This document shows, piece after piece, positions 1 to 11,591 of a stretch of 64,000 nucleotides of DNA (its first letter is position 1; each line of letters opens with the position of its first letter). The position numbers and the translations under genes were made by a program. Origin of the DNA: Lingula anatina (taxonomy: Eukaryota > Animalia > Brachiopoda); contig CM120643.1 in assembly GCA_051362555.1 (NCBI GenBank), positions 9,176,001-9,240,000 of the forward strand, given 5' to 3'. Below the pieces are notes generated by a model. The model searched no databases. It had not been told where the DNA came from and was given only the letters and a program-made list of their open reading frames with translations.

Positions 1-58
1 TTCATGGTGAAAGGTCCTCTTTTTCAGACCCCCCTTTGGAATTTCTGGCTACGAGCTT
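1..58. mobile_element. End of a MITE (family D, CAGGCCCGTAGCCAG-like TIR), truncated by the window edge
   Basis: aaaggtcc..tttttcaga..ccccctttggaatttctggctacgagcttg resembles 33197-33254 and the reverse complement of 56103-56170. Confidence 0.55.
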
Positions 59-861
59 GTTGTTTTTCTGTTGTGGCATTCTGCATACTAACCGTGCGGT
101 CCATTGTACGTGCATTGTGGCCGTACCAGTGACCCTGTGATAAGGTGACCGGGCACAAAAAGGGTAAAGAAAAAGGGTATAAAAGGAGAGCGTAATAAGT
201 TGTAAGAGCGGAACGTAATGTTTTCTTATTGAATAGGTGAAGCTGAATGTGCCTGCGATAATTACATCAAGTAGGGGCGCACGGTTATAATACTCCACAC
301 GTGTGTCCGTAAAAAGTGAATAAGGATGAATGAAGCAAAGGTTTTGTTTGTTTTCGTTATTTTTATGCAAACCTAGTTACGCAAATGCAACTGGGTGCGT
401 TTCTCTAGGTGCGTCTTTGTAAATGTTGTTATTACATGCCTGTCTATTTATACCCTGTCTGATATAATTCAGTATTACTGTTGATATTATATTGTTTGCA
501 AATGGCTACACTAAAAAAGCATTGTTTTATTGCTTCCCAGTGTCATGTGCGAGAAAGCCCCACCTATGATTTTAGTATATTTCATTTAAAGATATAAGAA
601 TATTAGTATATTCATATGCTGTGATTGTTAATATTACTTTCTGACATGCACTATATGTTTTCATGCGTTTTTGTGAAACTGTGCATTTAATGAGACGTGC
701 ACATCTCTAACAGTTGTAAAAGTAGTCTCCAAACTCAAGAGTATTTCTGTCATCTCTTCATTCCTGCAAATCTTAGTCCCTATCTTAACAAACAGAGTAA
801 AAAAAAACCTTTTAAATTATTTTATTCTATTAACTAAAATTTTTATTTATTTGTTATTCAG

Positions 862-981
862 TCAAGCAATCCTACGCTACCTGGCCACGACGTATACCAA
901 TTTTGCTGGCTACGGCAATACCGCCCGAGAGCGCGCATTGTGTGAGTCCATCATTAGCTGGGCAAGCAGCGAGCTCCACAG
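862..981 (+). CDS. Glutathione S-transferase (theta-like), internal exon; 5' exons lie upstream of the window
   Basis: Acceptor ttattcag ends at 861 and donor gtgag starts at 982. Translates (S)QAILRYLATTYTNFAGYGNTARERALCESIISWASSELHR, containing the GST SxAILRYL motif. The phase-2 end joins the next exon in frame (AG+A = Arg). Confidence 0.85.
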
Positions 982-1023
982 GTGAGACCATCGTGTTCTT
1001 AATACTCTATGATTGATATGACG

Positions 1024-1281
1024 TAGTGGCGGATTTGGGGGGGGGGGGGGGTCAGGGGGTCCTGCCTCCCCCCTTCGATTTCTGAAAAAAATCACACCAA
1101 TTTTGTATAGCTGAATCATAGTTCTAAACCGTACCAAATGGCACTATGCGCCCTCTAAAATACTAAAATGTTATGGGGCCATTCACCGAGCCCGGAACCT
1201 ACGCCAAGTGGGGGGAGAGGGGAGGGGCTCTGCTTCGCATCTGCGGACCCCCCCCCCTCAAATGTCCTGGATCCGCCCTTG
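1024..1281. mobile_element. MITE with GGCGGAT/ATCCGCC terminal inverted repeats and poly-G/poly-C tracts, in the GST intron
   Basis: tagtggcggattt(g)n ... cctggatccgcccttg, flanked on both sides by tgacg (1019-1023, 1282-1286). Confidence 0.55.
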
Positions 1282-2051
1282 TGACGTTTAACCAGGGGTA
1301 AAATCATCGCTTTTATTGAAAAAACAATACACCAAGATTATTCCGGTTACTCTGTTTTCAAAACGTCTATTGCTGATATTGAAACTATTGTATCGCTTTA
1401 AATAGTAATAGCGTAATCACGATGGCAGAAAAATTGATTTGTTATTCTAAGTAGAATCTGTATGTGTATTATGTCATGCGGTGAATCTCTGCAAGACAAA
1501 ATTTGCGTTAGACCTTTATAATGTATAGTAAAATCATGATTTTAATGATACTGATGATAGAAATAAAGTAGCAGATTATCCTTTATGCCAAGTTATACTT
1601 TATAAAATTTATTGATATAATCATTATCTATAAACTAGTTTTCGAGTTCTGAATTATTTTATTTACACCGTCTTGGGTGCAATTCGCCAGTCTGTGCAGC
1701 TGTACCCCTGTATCTTCATTAAGAGTGACTCAAAATCTAGGAAATTAGAACTAATAAGCAAGCATTTTTTCATCAGAAGTTTTGAATACATGTAGTACAC
1801 ACTAGTAGTGAAGGCTACCTTGGGAATAAAGGGGAAAAGTGTTGAAATTTCTCTGAATATTTAAGTTTGTACACAAAGGTCTAACGCTGGTGTGTGTCTT
1901 TAAATTTATTGTTAAAAAAGCTAAACAAATAAAAAAATGGACTGTAACATTTTTAAAGTGAAAAACTGACTTGCATTAAATATAAAAATCAAGTTTACAT
2001 TATTTTACTTTATTTCATTTTATTTTATTTTATTTTATTTTATTTTAACAG

Positions 2052-2412
2052 AGTGGTTGGATACTATTACACATATCCACAATTCCTGGATCGCTTCCGG
2101 TTGCCGTCTGACTCTGCAAACGAGGCTCTCATCGAAGCCGGGATAAAAGGGATGACAAAACACCTGGAGACTTTAGAGAAACGCTATCTCCAGAAATCAC
2201 CGTACCTTGTCGGTGACGAAATCACAGTGGCAGACACCGTGGTTGCCACCATTTTATGCCAGGCCGAGTGGGTGGGCTTTAAATTCAAAATATGGCCCAG
2301 AGTGAACCAATGGCTTGATAACGTAAAACAGCAAGAATTCTGGGACCGTGTCCACGACGCACATTACCAGTTTCTGAGAGAACTGGAGCAAGAAGTCACA
2401 CAGTTCGACTAG
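2052..2412 (+). CDS. Glutathione S-transferase (theta-like), terminal exon (GST C-terminal helical domain)
   Basis: Long T-rich tract and cag acceptor ending at 2051. ORF has YLVGDEITVAD (GST N-capping box region) and WPRVNQWL. TAG stop at 2410-2412. Confidence 0.88.
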
Positions 2413-3521
2413 GGTGCTAATCAGAGAGGCTTAGCTTTATGTGTAGAACTGTTTATTACGTGTTTATTGTTTCGTCGCTTTTGTCTTGCATAATACGTTG
2501 TTTCAGTTTTAACCTGCGGCGCAGGTCTGCAGGTCGGATATAATAGTGTTTTAACATTTTTCCAAATCGAGGCTATTTCCGCCAAAGGCTCCCTTAGGTC
2601 GGACCTTGAGTTTTTCCTTTAGTTTACTGGCAGAAACACGGAACGGACACTGCGCTTTCATCCTCAACGACTTTGTATCACACATAAATTAATTGTATGA
2701 ATATTGTCATAATCAAATTAAGCATTCAGGTACATTAACTGATTGCCCAGAAAGCTTGGCCAACATACATGTACAAGGAAAGTTGACTCTGTACTTTCTG
2801 TCAGGCTTATTCATGTAGATGTAACTTGCTTGGACTATTGCATTAAAAGTCCCGAGCATTATCATGTTTATATAAAATATTCATATTCAAATCTATACAT
2901 TCGACTTCTGGTGCAATATTTAAAGCTTAAGCGGCATGCACGACCCACCAACCTTGTAGGCAACATTTACTTTTTTCACAACTAGGACCCAAAATATAGA
3001 TTATATATATTATCTTCTATCCTGGTTCACAACTATAACAGTTTGCGGTCACGCAAGAAATAGACTCATTGTGAAGTTATTAAATCGGCAACATATAAAT
3101 CCCCGGCCGCTGCATCTGTTTGGCGCAGAGCATAAAACGATGATGTTTTTTTTCCTTTGGTCTCTAAGTATCTCCTTCAGAGCGTGAAAAATTGTTATTC
3201 TCATCAACTCAAGAAGCAAAAAAAAAAAAAAAAAAAAAAAATGAAACCCACCTTTCCACGGTCTTCAATAATTCATAGAAATGATTTTGTAACATAAATT
3301 TACTACGTTTTTTTTTATGTTCGTGCTTCAGTTTGCTAACATAAATGTGAGTGAATCAAGTATGTTCAGCAAAAAACAACAAAAATACAAAATAAAAAAC
3401 TACAACAAAAAAATTAGTCTAATTTTATCTTGGAAATTCCTACCAAGTTCTCAATGTAGATTGAATTGCAGCAGTTGAGACAGAGAGCGGCAATTGCTTG
3501 GGCATCATGGCGGCTTTGGAT

Positions 3522-4529
3522 ATCTTACCCGGGGTGGAAACGCGCTACTTATATGATTATGACGAGCCTGACCGTCAGTACCGGATATAGGTTTGTGACC
3601 TTGAGGGGCAATTAGGCTTGGTCTTTGCGGCACGCATGAACAGTAGTCGGTCTACCACACCTGGGTCTTTTGTTTTTGACAACTGTTCACTCGTCAGCGA
3701 GGTGCTTGTTCAAGACTGCAGACTGATATCTACTAGTACTACCAGTGGCTTCATTAGTAACGTTCCCACAACACATGGTTTTCTGTCTGTGCGTACATAC
3801 CCTGAATTTGGTTAGCCTCACTGACGAGAACAATGGGCGTTTCTCACCCCTCTCTAGGATTACCCCTGATCTTACCAGGGAGTGGAAACGCGCATGGACA
3901 AAATTTCGTTATTATGTCCAAGAAACGCGTTACTTTTATGCTTAAGACGGACCTAACCGTCAGTACTGACCTTCTGGGGCAACCAGGACTTGGCCTGTGC
4001 GGCACGCATGAACAGCAGTCGATCCACCACACCTGGGTCCTTTGTTTTTTGACAACTGTTCATTTGTCATTGAAGTTCTTGTTCAAGACGTCAGACTGAC
4101 ATCTACAGGTACTCCCTGTGGCTTCATTAAGCCTAGGTCCCAATTCTTCCTTTTGGACGCACGTTTTTTTAGGTTCCTTGCGTCCAGCTAGGACGTAACT
4201 AGATTGCAGGGAAGGAATCAAGTAATTGGTGATTGCAAAGAGTTGATCCTGTCGAAAAGTATCTACGTGCTGTTTACGTCCTCCAAAAGTCGCACGATGA
4301 ACGTGCTCCTTACGCACGAACTCCCACGTTTTCCCCATTTTTTTGGGCCGTAGACCACACGTAGCAGCCCGTATGTTCGGTTGGGACCTAGGCTTTAGTA
4401 ACACTAGCGCTTCCACAATTCACGGTTTTCTTTCTGTCAGTGTGCGTACATACCCTGAAAAATGGTTAGCCTATCTGCCGAGAACAATGGCCGTTTCTCA
4501 CCCCTCTTTAGGATTACCCCTGATCTTAC
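3522..4529. repeat. Diverged head-to-tail tandem repeat, unit about 350-385 bp, two copies plus the start of a third
   Basis: Unit start atcttac recurs at 3522, 3869 and 4523. Shared blocks include gcggcacgcatgaacag, ccacacctgggtc, tgtgcgtacataccctgaa and cgtttctcacccctct. Confidence 0.85.
4130..4394. mobile_element. PIF/Harbinger-like MITE inserted in the second copy of the tandem repeat
   Basis: 14-bp TIR agcctaggtcccaa / ttgggacctaggct. TTA duplicated at 4127-4129 and 4395-4397. The first repeat copy shows the empty site gcttcaTTAgtaac. Confidence 0.9.
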
Positions 4530-4870
4530 AGAATTTGGTTATCAAAGACGCTCTATAACATTTGTTCAATCGGCGCAATCATTACTTCAAACATTAGAAG
4601 GGGACTGCTCCGAAGCTAGGGTGAGGGGCTGGCATATACATTTACATATGTACATATTAGGTTCCTAGAAAAATACTTGACGAATTCTACGAGCACCCAT
4701 CCCCCTCCCCCCCCCCCCCCAAAAAAAAAATAGCCACAATAAATGTATAAAGTTTTACTCATTTCTTCTTCATTGCGTAGGCAAACACATAAAAATATTG
4801 CCTACGTAGTTATTGATATAGCCATTTGGTATTCAATACAAAAATCCGATGTCCAAATATGCATCCAATG

Positions 4871-5049
4871 CAGGTGTGACAGAAATGGTAGTCTGCTAGG
4901 AACCGTGGTCTGTTCCCCATTACTTTGTACAGGTTACATTTGTCCCATATACCAGCCCCAATACGTAACCCTAACCTGTAGTAGTAGTAGTACTAACCAT
5001 ATGGGACCCCGGACCTCAATGCCTAGGACTACCATTGCTGCCACACCGA
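4871..5049. mobile_element. MITE family B2 (C[AC]GGTGT[AG]ACAGGAATGGT TIR)
   Basis: caggtgtgacagaaatggtagtc ... gactaccattgctgccacaccg. Homologous to the reverse complement of 24310-24445. Confidence 0.7.
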
Positions 5050-5492
5050 TTTTAGTCTTTGATTGTGAACCATTTACGTCATACTAGTAGTTACATTTAT
5101 GAATTTAATGGATGGCGGACTATTTGTTTCCTTATATAAGGATTACGCGCTTTGAAATTTCCAGGATTATGACCAGATCATTGCGCCATCTATCCAGTTT
5201 ATAATTGCATTTTGAAATCACTAAGGTACAATCTTCTGTCCCATTACGGCCACTTGAGAATATTTTGAATAATTTGTGCTCTCAATTCATGAGAAACATT
5301 GACCGCATTTAAGACAGTGTTTGTTAGCCAAAGCCAAAAGACTGGAGCCAGTCCAACGGAGAAATATATAGTGGCGCGAACATCTCGGAAGGTCAATAAA
5401 AGTCTAGGAAGATAAATTTCTAGACGAAGTTAGGACGTGTATCATGATAAGAAAATAATAACTGTGAGTATGCAGAAGAAAACTAGACCCAT

Positions 5493-5531
<39 letters not shown>

Positions 5532-5770
5532 TTTCATTTCGGCATTATGTTTATATGAAAATTGAAACGTCTGCTACATAGACAAAACTTTTGTGCCAGA
5601 GGCAACATATTGAAGCAGTATGAAGTGAAAATTTCATTGGATTGACACGGATAAATGACTAGTTATTGAAATAAAAGGAACATGGCCTTTATTTAATCCT
5701 CTCGATACATATCGTTATTACTTGTAAATTGTGATTGCATGCTTTTCAGACTAAAAGTCAACAAAAAGAA

Positions 5771-6130
5771 CGATTTTTTAAGTAGGCTTAGATGGAAATG
5801 ACTCCATTCAGTGTCTCAAGTCAACTTAACCATTGTGAGAGTTTTTTTTTTTTTTTTTTTTTTTTGTTAATTTGCACAGTGTCTTTGAGAATCCAGACTT
5901 TTTTCATCAACGTCATTATTTCCAAGCGTACATGATAGATCCTACACAGCAGAACTCGATGCTATCCGGAAAATTAAACAAATCGGCATAGCGTCGAATT
6001 CCGCTGTGTAGGATCTTTCATGTACGCTTTGGAAATAATGATGTTGATGCATATTTGGTTTCCTGTGAAAAAAAAGTCGAGAGACACTGAATGGAGGCAT
6101 TTCCATCTAAGAGTACTTAAAGAAATATCG
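5771..6130. mobile_element. Foldback / long imperfect palindrome (probable non-autonomous DNA transposon)
   Basis: Inner arms 5905-5970 and 5983-6049 and outer arms 5771-5817 and 6081-6130 are near reverse complements. Confidence 0.7.
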
Positions 6131-6805
6131 GTACTCAATGATGCACATTGCATACGTAGGAATTTCCGCAAAATGATAAAGAATAATAATTTATCGACTT
6201 TTCTTTGGTAAAAGGGCATTCTTTCCGATTAACCAACTTCTGATATTTTTTTCTGACACGGGTCATTACTCTGCTACAATCTGAGAAAAATAAAAAATCC
6301 TAAACTTACGCTTAATCGATATACCTTTTCCACCATACCTAAGAGCTCAATTCCAGCTTGTTCGCAATTATTAATCCGTGATAAGACGGGCAACGAGGTT
6401 CCTCAGAAGTTAGTAAATTTCAATTTTTAAAGACGTTTATCTCTTAAAATACGATCAGATAGTATCCCTTAATTGTCCTTGGGGAAGTTCAACAATAAGA
6501 AATTCATTTATTAAAAACCCTGCACTCTATCACATTAAAAAAGATGCAGAGGAAGACATTTCGATGTTTTGTATTTCATTAAATGATCAAAAGGAAAGAA
6601 AAGAAAAAAATACTATTGCAACGACTTTTAATCACCAATGGGGCAGCGATGCATCGAGATCAAAAGTGATTACTTCACATTATATTATTCTCAAAAACTA
6701 ATCCAAGCTGGGAAATCGCTCACGCAACGTCATACAATTTTTGAATGCCTCGACTGTGATATTCACGAGGCAATGGGGAAAAGAAGTTGTACATGTGAAT
6801 TATAA

Positions 6806-7024
6806 GCCCCATGCCCATACCTAGACTGATCTAACAGGATCGACCCATCTCCGAGGGGTTTCTCGCTAAATTGCTTTCAGCTGAAGTGGCTTAGAAGTCT
6901 GGAACGCCTACTGAAGCTGCTAAACGATAGTTAATTACCCTCTAACAGCTTCAGTAAGCGTGTCAAACATCAGGCTCGGAGATAGGTCGATCCTGCTAGA
7001 TCAATCTAGGTATGGGACTAGAAT
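6806..7024. mobile_element. Harbinger-like MITE family A (copy 1)
   Basis: TIR cccatacctagactgatctaacaggatcgacc / ggtcgatcctgctagatcaatctaggtatggg, preceded by TAA. Internal cgcctactgaagctg...taattacc core shared with five other copies. Confidence 0.8.
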
Positions 7025-7057
7025 CAGAACTTGACAAAAGGGTTGAAAGCTGCACTG

Positions 7058-7967
7058 ATTTTTCTATGTAGACCTCTGAGCCCTGGCTTTCGAGTGTCTT
7101 TTTTCAATGATTATTTTTCTTGTTTGCTACATGATTCTACAGTATATGAACTACCGATAAAGTTTTTTTTACGATAAGGTCATTTAATTATTGTACCATT
7201 CTTGTTCCAGATATGTCCCCGGTGTTAAACAACCACCTCTGTGGATGCGATTTTTTAACTTGTTTATTTTCACATTCCCCTATCAGGGGAAACCTTGCTG
7301 GTTGATGTCAATTACGTCAATCACCCATCGATTCCACGTGAATTCTGGCACCGCTTTTCGTGTTTCTGGCACCTAAACAAAATTATTCGGAAGATGGATT
7401 ACATGAGATCCTGCCAATTTTCCTTCAATGTCACGACAATTCTGTTATCATCCCTGATGTAAAGTGCGTGCGAATAAACTCTTCTTCAGATAGATCACAT
7501 GGGACGCCATCTATTTTTCTATGTAGATCTCTGAGCCCAGGCCTTCGAGTGTATTTTTTCAATGATTATTAATTTTTTTCTTGTTCGCTACATGATTCTA
7601 CAGTACATGAACTACATGTGTATCGATAAAGTATTTTTTGCTTACGATAAGGTATTTTAATTATCGTAGAGTCTACCATTCTTGTTCCAGATATGTTAAA
7701 AAAAACCACCTCTGTGGATACGTTTTTTTTTATCTTGTTTTCTTTTCACATTCCCATATCACTGAATACTTTGCTGGGATATGTCAAAAACGTCATTTAA
7801 CCATCGACTCCATGTAAGTTCTGGCACCGAAGCAAAATTATCCTGAAGATGGATTACATGCCCTGCCAATTTTTCTTCAATGTCACGACAGTTCTGATAC
7901 CATCCCTAATGTAAAGTGCGTGAGAATAAATTCTTCTTCAGATAGGTCACATGGGACCCAATCTATT
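7058..7967. repeat. Local tandem duplication, two diverged copies of about 455 bp
   Basis: tttttctatgtaga..tctgagccc starts near 7058 and 7514, and the copies are collinear through cacatgggac..catctattt / cacatgggac..aatctattt. Confidence 0.85.
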
Positions 7968-8933
7968 TGCCTTAAATTACTTGATAATTTTGACACCATC
8001 CCTGACGTTAAGGGCACTGTGTTTACGAAACATATGGAAGTGCAGGGCAACGAAAGTAAAATCTTTATTTCTCAATGTCATTCAACGAAATGTCGCTCAG
8101 TACCATCGTATGCCATTTACTTTGAAATTTGTATATGAATGACATTAGTATCAACACAGTGGGGATTGGTATAAATGTTAATCACATTTTACATCTGTCT
8201 GTCTGTCCTCTACTAACTTTTACACTGAAAAAAACATCGCATATTCACCAATATACACGCCCAGAACTCTAACGAGAAAATGTCCCTCTTCAAAACATTC
8301 CGAATTGCGGTCTTTCGGCGACAATCAGGTATTCTCGTTCTATGCATTTAAAAGGAGTCCAAAATCTGGTAAACCTAATTATCCTTCACTCATTTGGTCC
8401 GGAGGGACAAAGGGTGTCTTACTGCGAGTCCGAAAACGAAATTCCCATTGATTTTTTTCAGTTATGATTGTACATAATCTAGGTTCAAGGCCCTGTGAGA
8501 AATCATGGACAATGATTCCTTCCTAAATCTTGTGTTAAGGTGCAAATAAATAAATAAAATAAAATAAAGTGGCAACAAATGCAGGGTATGTACATGTACA
8601 GGATTTCATGGTACGCATGGGCGCAATCAGGGGTCAAGGTTTAGATTTAAAAAGACGCATTTGAGAGTTAAAAATCAAATCCATTTTGAGGAGGGGGGGC
8701 GCATATGAGTTGTACCTTCCAAACACGCATCCCTCTTCACCGCAAATAGACGCTCTCATTCTACCCGATACACGTTGCTATAGTAACTCGGCATAACCGC
8801 AATTCTCTCGTTCCATGACGAATTATTATGTCATTCACTTGCCGCGTCTGGTGTACAGGTAGTCGATAGCGCTGATCTATACCGCACTACGAAACCATCC
8901 TTGCTATTCCCTATATGATGTATATGAATTATG

Positions 8934-9111
8934 CAGGTGTAACGAAACTGAGGGTCCGTGTAACACGAAGTCCGCCCTCCGTGAATACGTAGTTATAATG
9001 GTTAAGGTTAGTTTGACCTAAGTGGGTCAAAATCTAGGGCGAGGCTCACCTGTACAAATGAATGGGAAGCGGACTCTCTTTTATGGGGTACTCTCTGTCA
9101 CGTTACACCGG
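8934..9111 (+). mobile_element. MITE family B (CCGGTGTAAC TIR, internal ggtta[ag]ggttag)
   Basis: caggtgtaacgaaactgagggtc ... cacgttacaccgg. Homologous to 30545-30930 and to the reverse complement of 9147-9314. Confidence 0.8.
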
Positions 9112-9146
9112 TGACATGTACGAGAGAACCACCTGTGATACAGGGA

Positions 9147-9314
9147 CCGGTGTGACAGAGAGTCCCCCCGGATAGAGAGTCCTCTTCCCATTCGTTTGTA
9201 CAGGTGAGCCTCGTCCTACATTTTGACCCACTCGATTCAGGCTAACCCTAACCATTATAACTAAATGAAGGACGGACTTTCTGTTACATAAACCCCTCAG
9301 TTTTGTTACACCGG
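9147..9314 (-). mobile_element. MITE family B, inverted copy 35 bp from the previous one
   Basis: ccggtgtgacagagagt ... ccctcagttttgttacaccgg is a diverged reverse complement of 8934-9111. Confidence 0.8.
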
Positions 9315-11591
9315 TTCCCACAGATTGGTATAGAGCTCCATATGTATCTCATTGGTACACGAATATCCAGTCTAAGATAGTGACCAACTTACGTCACGTT
9401 TGCCCTAACCTACATGAATTTAATGGGAAGCGGTCTGGTTGTTGCACGAACCCCCTAGTTTTGTCTGGCTGATTACTGCAATTCTATTTATACACGTCCA
9501 TTTTAGTACCATTTCATTATTTTGGTGTAAGATAACTTTGCGATGGATACATCTATTGATGGATATATTCTTTCATGTCAATATCTAATGTATTTTCAAT
9601 TGGTCTAATGTACAGACATTGCTTAAAATAAAAGCACAGGAAACCATTTTATAAATTACTTTGATGATATGTCAAAAAAATCAACCACAGATAGCATTGA
9701 GAAGACATGGTAGGTGATTAATCACCATCAGCGTCACCAAATGCCTTAAAGGCGATAACAAAAGTCCACTTCGCAACAATATACAGGATGTTAGCTTGAA
9801 AAAGCGTTTATCTTCTGTACTTCAATTAGATAGAAATATAGGAAATTGCTGTCTAAGCTCGAAAATACGCATTCGTGTGCAAGACAAGTTTTGTTCCAGA
9901 TAGCACAACGCCATCAGATACCACCGTCGACCGTCATCTCTATACGTCAATGCCGTCAATAATAACGGTCACGTGTCATCACGTGTCAACACGTGACCAG
10001 TCGTCTGTCAGTAGATGGAAAGTGCTTGGCCAATCAAAAGGAGGGTTCTATTCTGTCTTCCAAAACTCCTGGATAGGTTCTGAATGACGAATAGAAAAGA
10101 GGACCATACAATTGTGTCTTTTTTGGCGGGATTGGGGGGGGGGGGGGGCTGGGGGTAAAGACATTTCAATTTAACACTTTCTACAAACACTTTCTACAAA
10201 ACCAACACCACGTCTGATTGTAACAGATTCGATTTTTATTTTGTACGTTGTCCCCATACAATTCTGCCTGCTCTTACCAGCACTCAGAAGAGATGGGGTG
10301 ATTTACAAAATGGATTCAATCAGGTTGTGCAACAGAGCACCGAGATGCTTCCGAAGCCAGATAAGTCTCTTCTTTTGACTCACCGGTAATTGGTCTGTGA
10401 AAGAAACCGAAGCAAACAGCAGAAAAACATTAGAGAGAAGTATTAATTACCAATACTTGAACACACAGAAAACAGAAGCAGATGTTGATAATAGATCATG
10501 ACAGGAGGTTATCTGACATTTCCTAGTTGGTGTGATAGGGTATAATATGTCAATTAGCGAATATTACGGATTGCCCATGTTGATCAGATGATCTTTCACT
10601 TACATAGAACAGTACCTTTAAGGGAAAACACGGGGGGTTTTTTGGCGCAATGCGTACAATTACTGACGTTTCCTCTGACGTCTCATTTTTCAGATAGTCG
10701 TAACATTTTCTTTCTTATCACTTATTATCAATATCACTGCAAGGCAGTCTTTGTGTATTTATATTTTATGTGGTAAATTTCAATAGTGGCAAAACCTTAT
10801 CATTTGTTTCCTTATATAAAATCTTGACATTAAACGTGGAATATTTCAGTTTAAAAGGTATTCTAGAGGTAAAATGTCACTCAGATACCGGTACGTAGAT
10901 GACACCGAAATAATTTGTGAGGGATTTTTATTGCCGCCGTGCTGTACTCACACTCTGAGACCGTTGACAAAACTTATATCAAGACAACGAAGTTATTTCC
11001 GCATAATCATTGAACCTTTCTGATAGAACCTATAAGCTTCTGGGATAGGCCCCTATTGACTGATTTCTGAATACATCCCCACGGCATTTTATCAAAAAGA
11101 CCATTATAACTGGTAATCACCGTGTATATTACATGTAGCTCCAATGGGGGCATAATCATAATGATTAAAAAAAAAACGAAACTAGGCAGTATTTGTGCAA
11201 TTGTAGAATTTGGTCTGCACACCACTTCTCATAATCGTCTCTTTTCAATTTTGGATTGATGGCTTTCTTTACTCGCAAAAAGCAATTACTTAAACGAAAA
11301 CCACGTGCCATACACGCGTACAGTGAAACCCACACATAGCGATACATCCATCTTGGTTTCAAACCAACATTTACTTTATTTTGGTGGACTGGCACGGATG
11401 TGTTTTGAACTTAGTAGTTCAAAATTTTGGTCTAAAAATAAGTGCCAATTTTCGGGTGTAATTTATCTTGCAAAAACTTCCCTACACCTATTTCAGATCA
11501 AAATCAGAAAAGAATTACACAACAGTCGAACAAATATACATTCGCATGTTCAGTTCCTTCCATTTTAGAAAGCAGGGGCATTAAAGGTCGA

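Noticed and set aside
60-440. Possible solo LTR (TG start, TATAAAA near 178)
   Set aside because: No convincing CA end with a TSD and no second copy in the window.
7058-7115. Minus-strand ttgaaaaagac-actc-gaaagcc resembling a hammerhead
   Set aside because: Lacks CUGANGA and a paired stem II, and is not maintained in the second copy.
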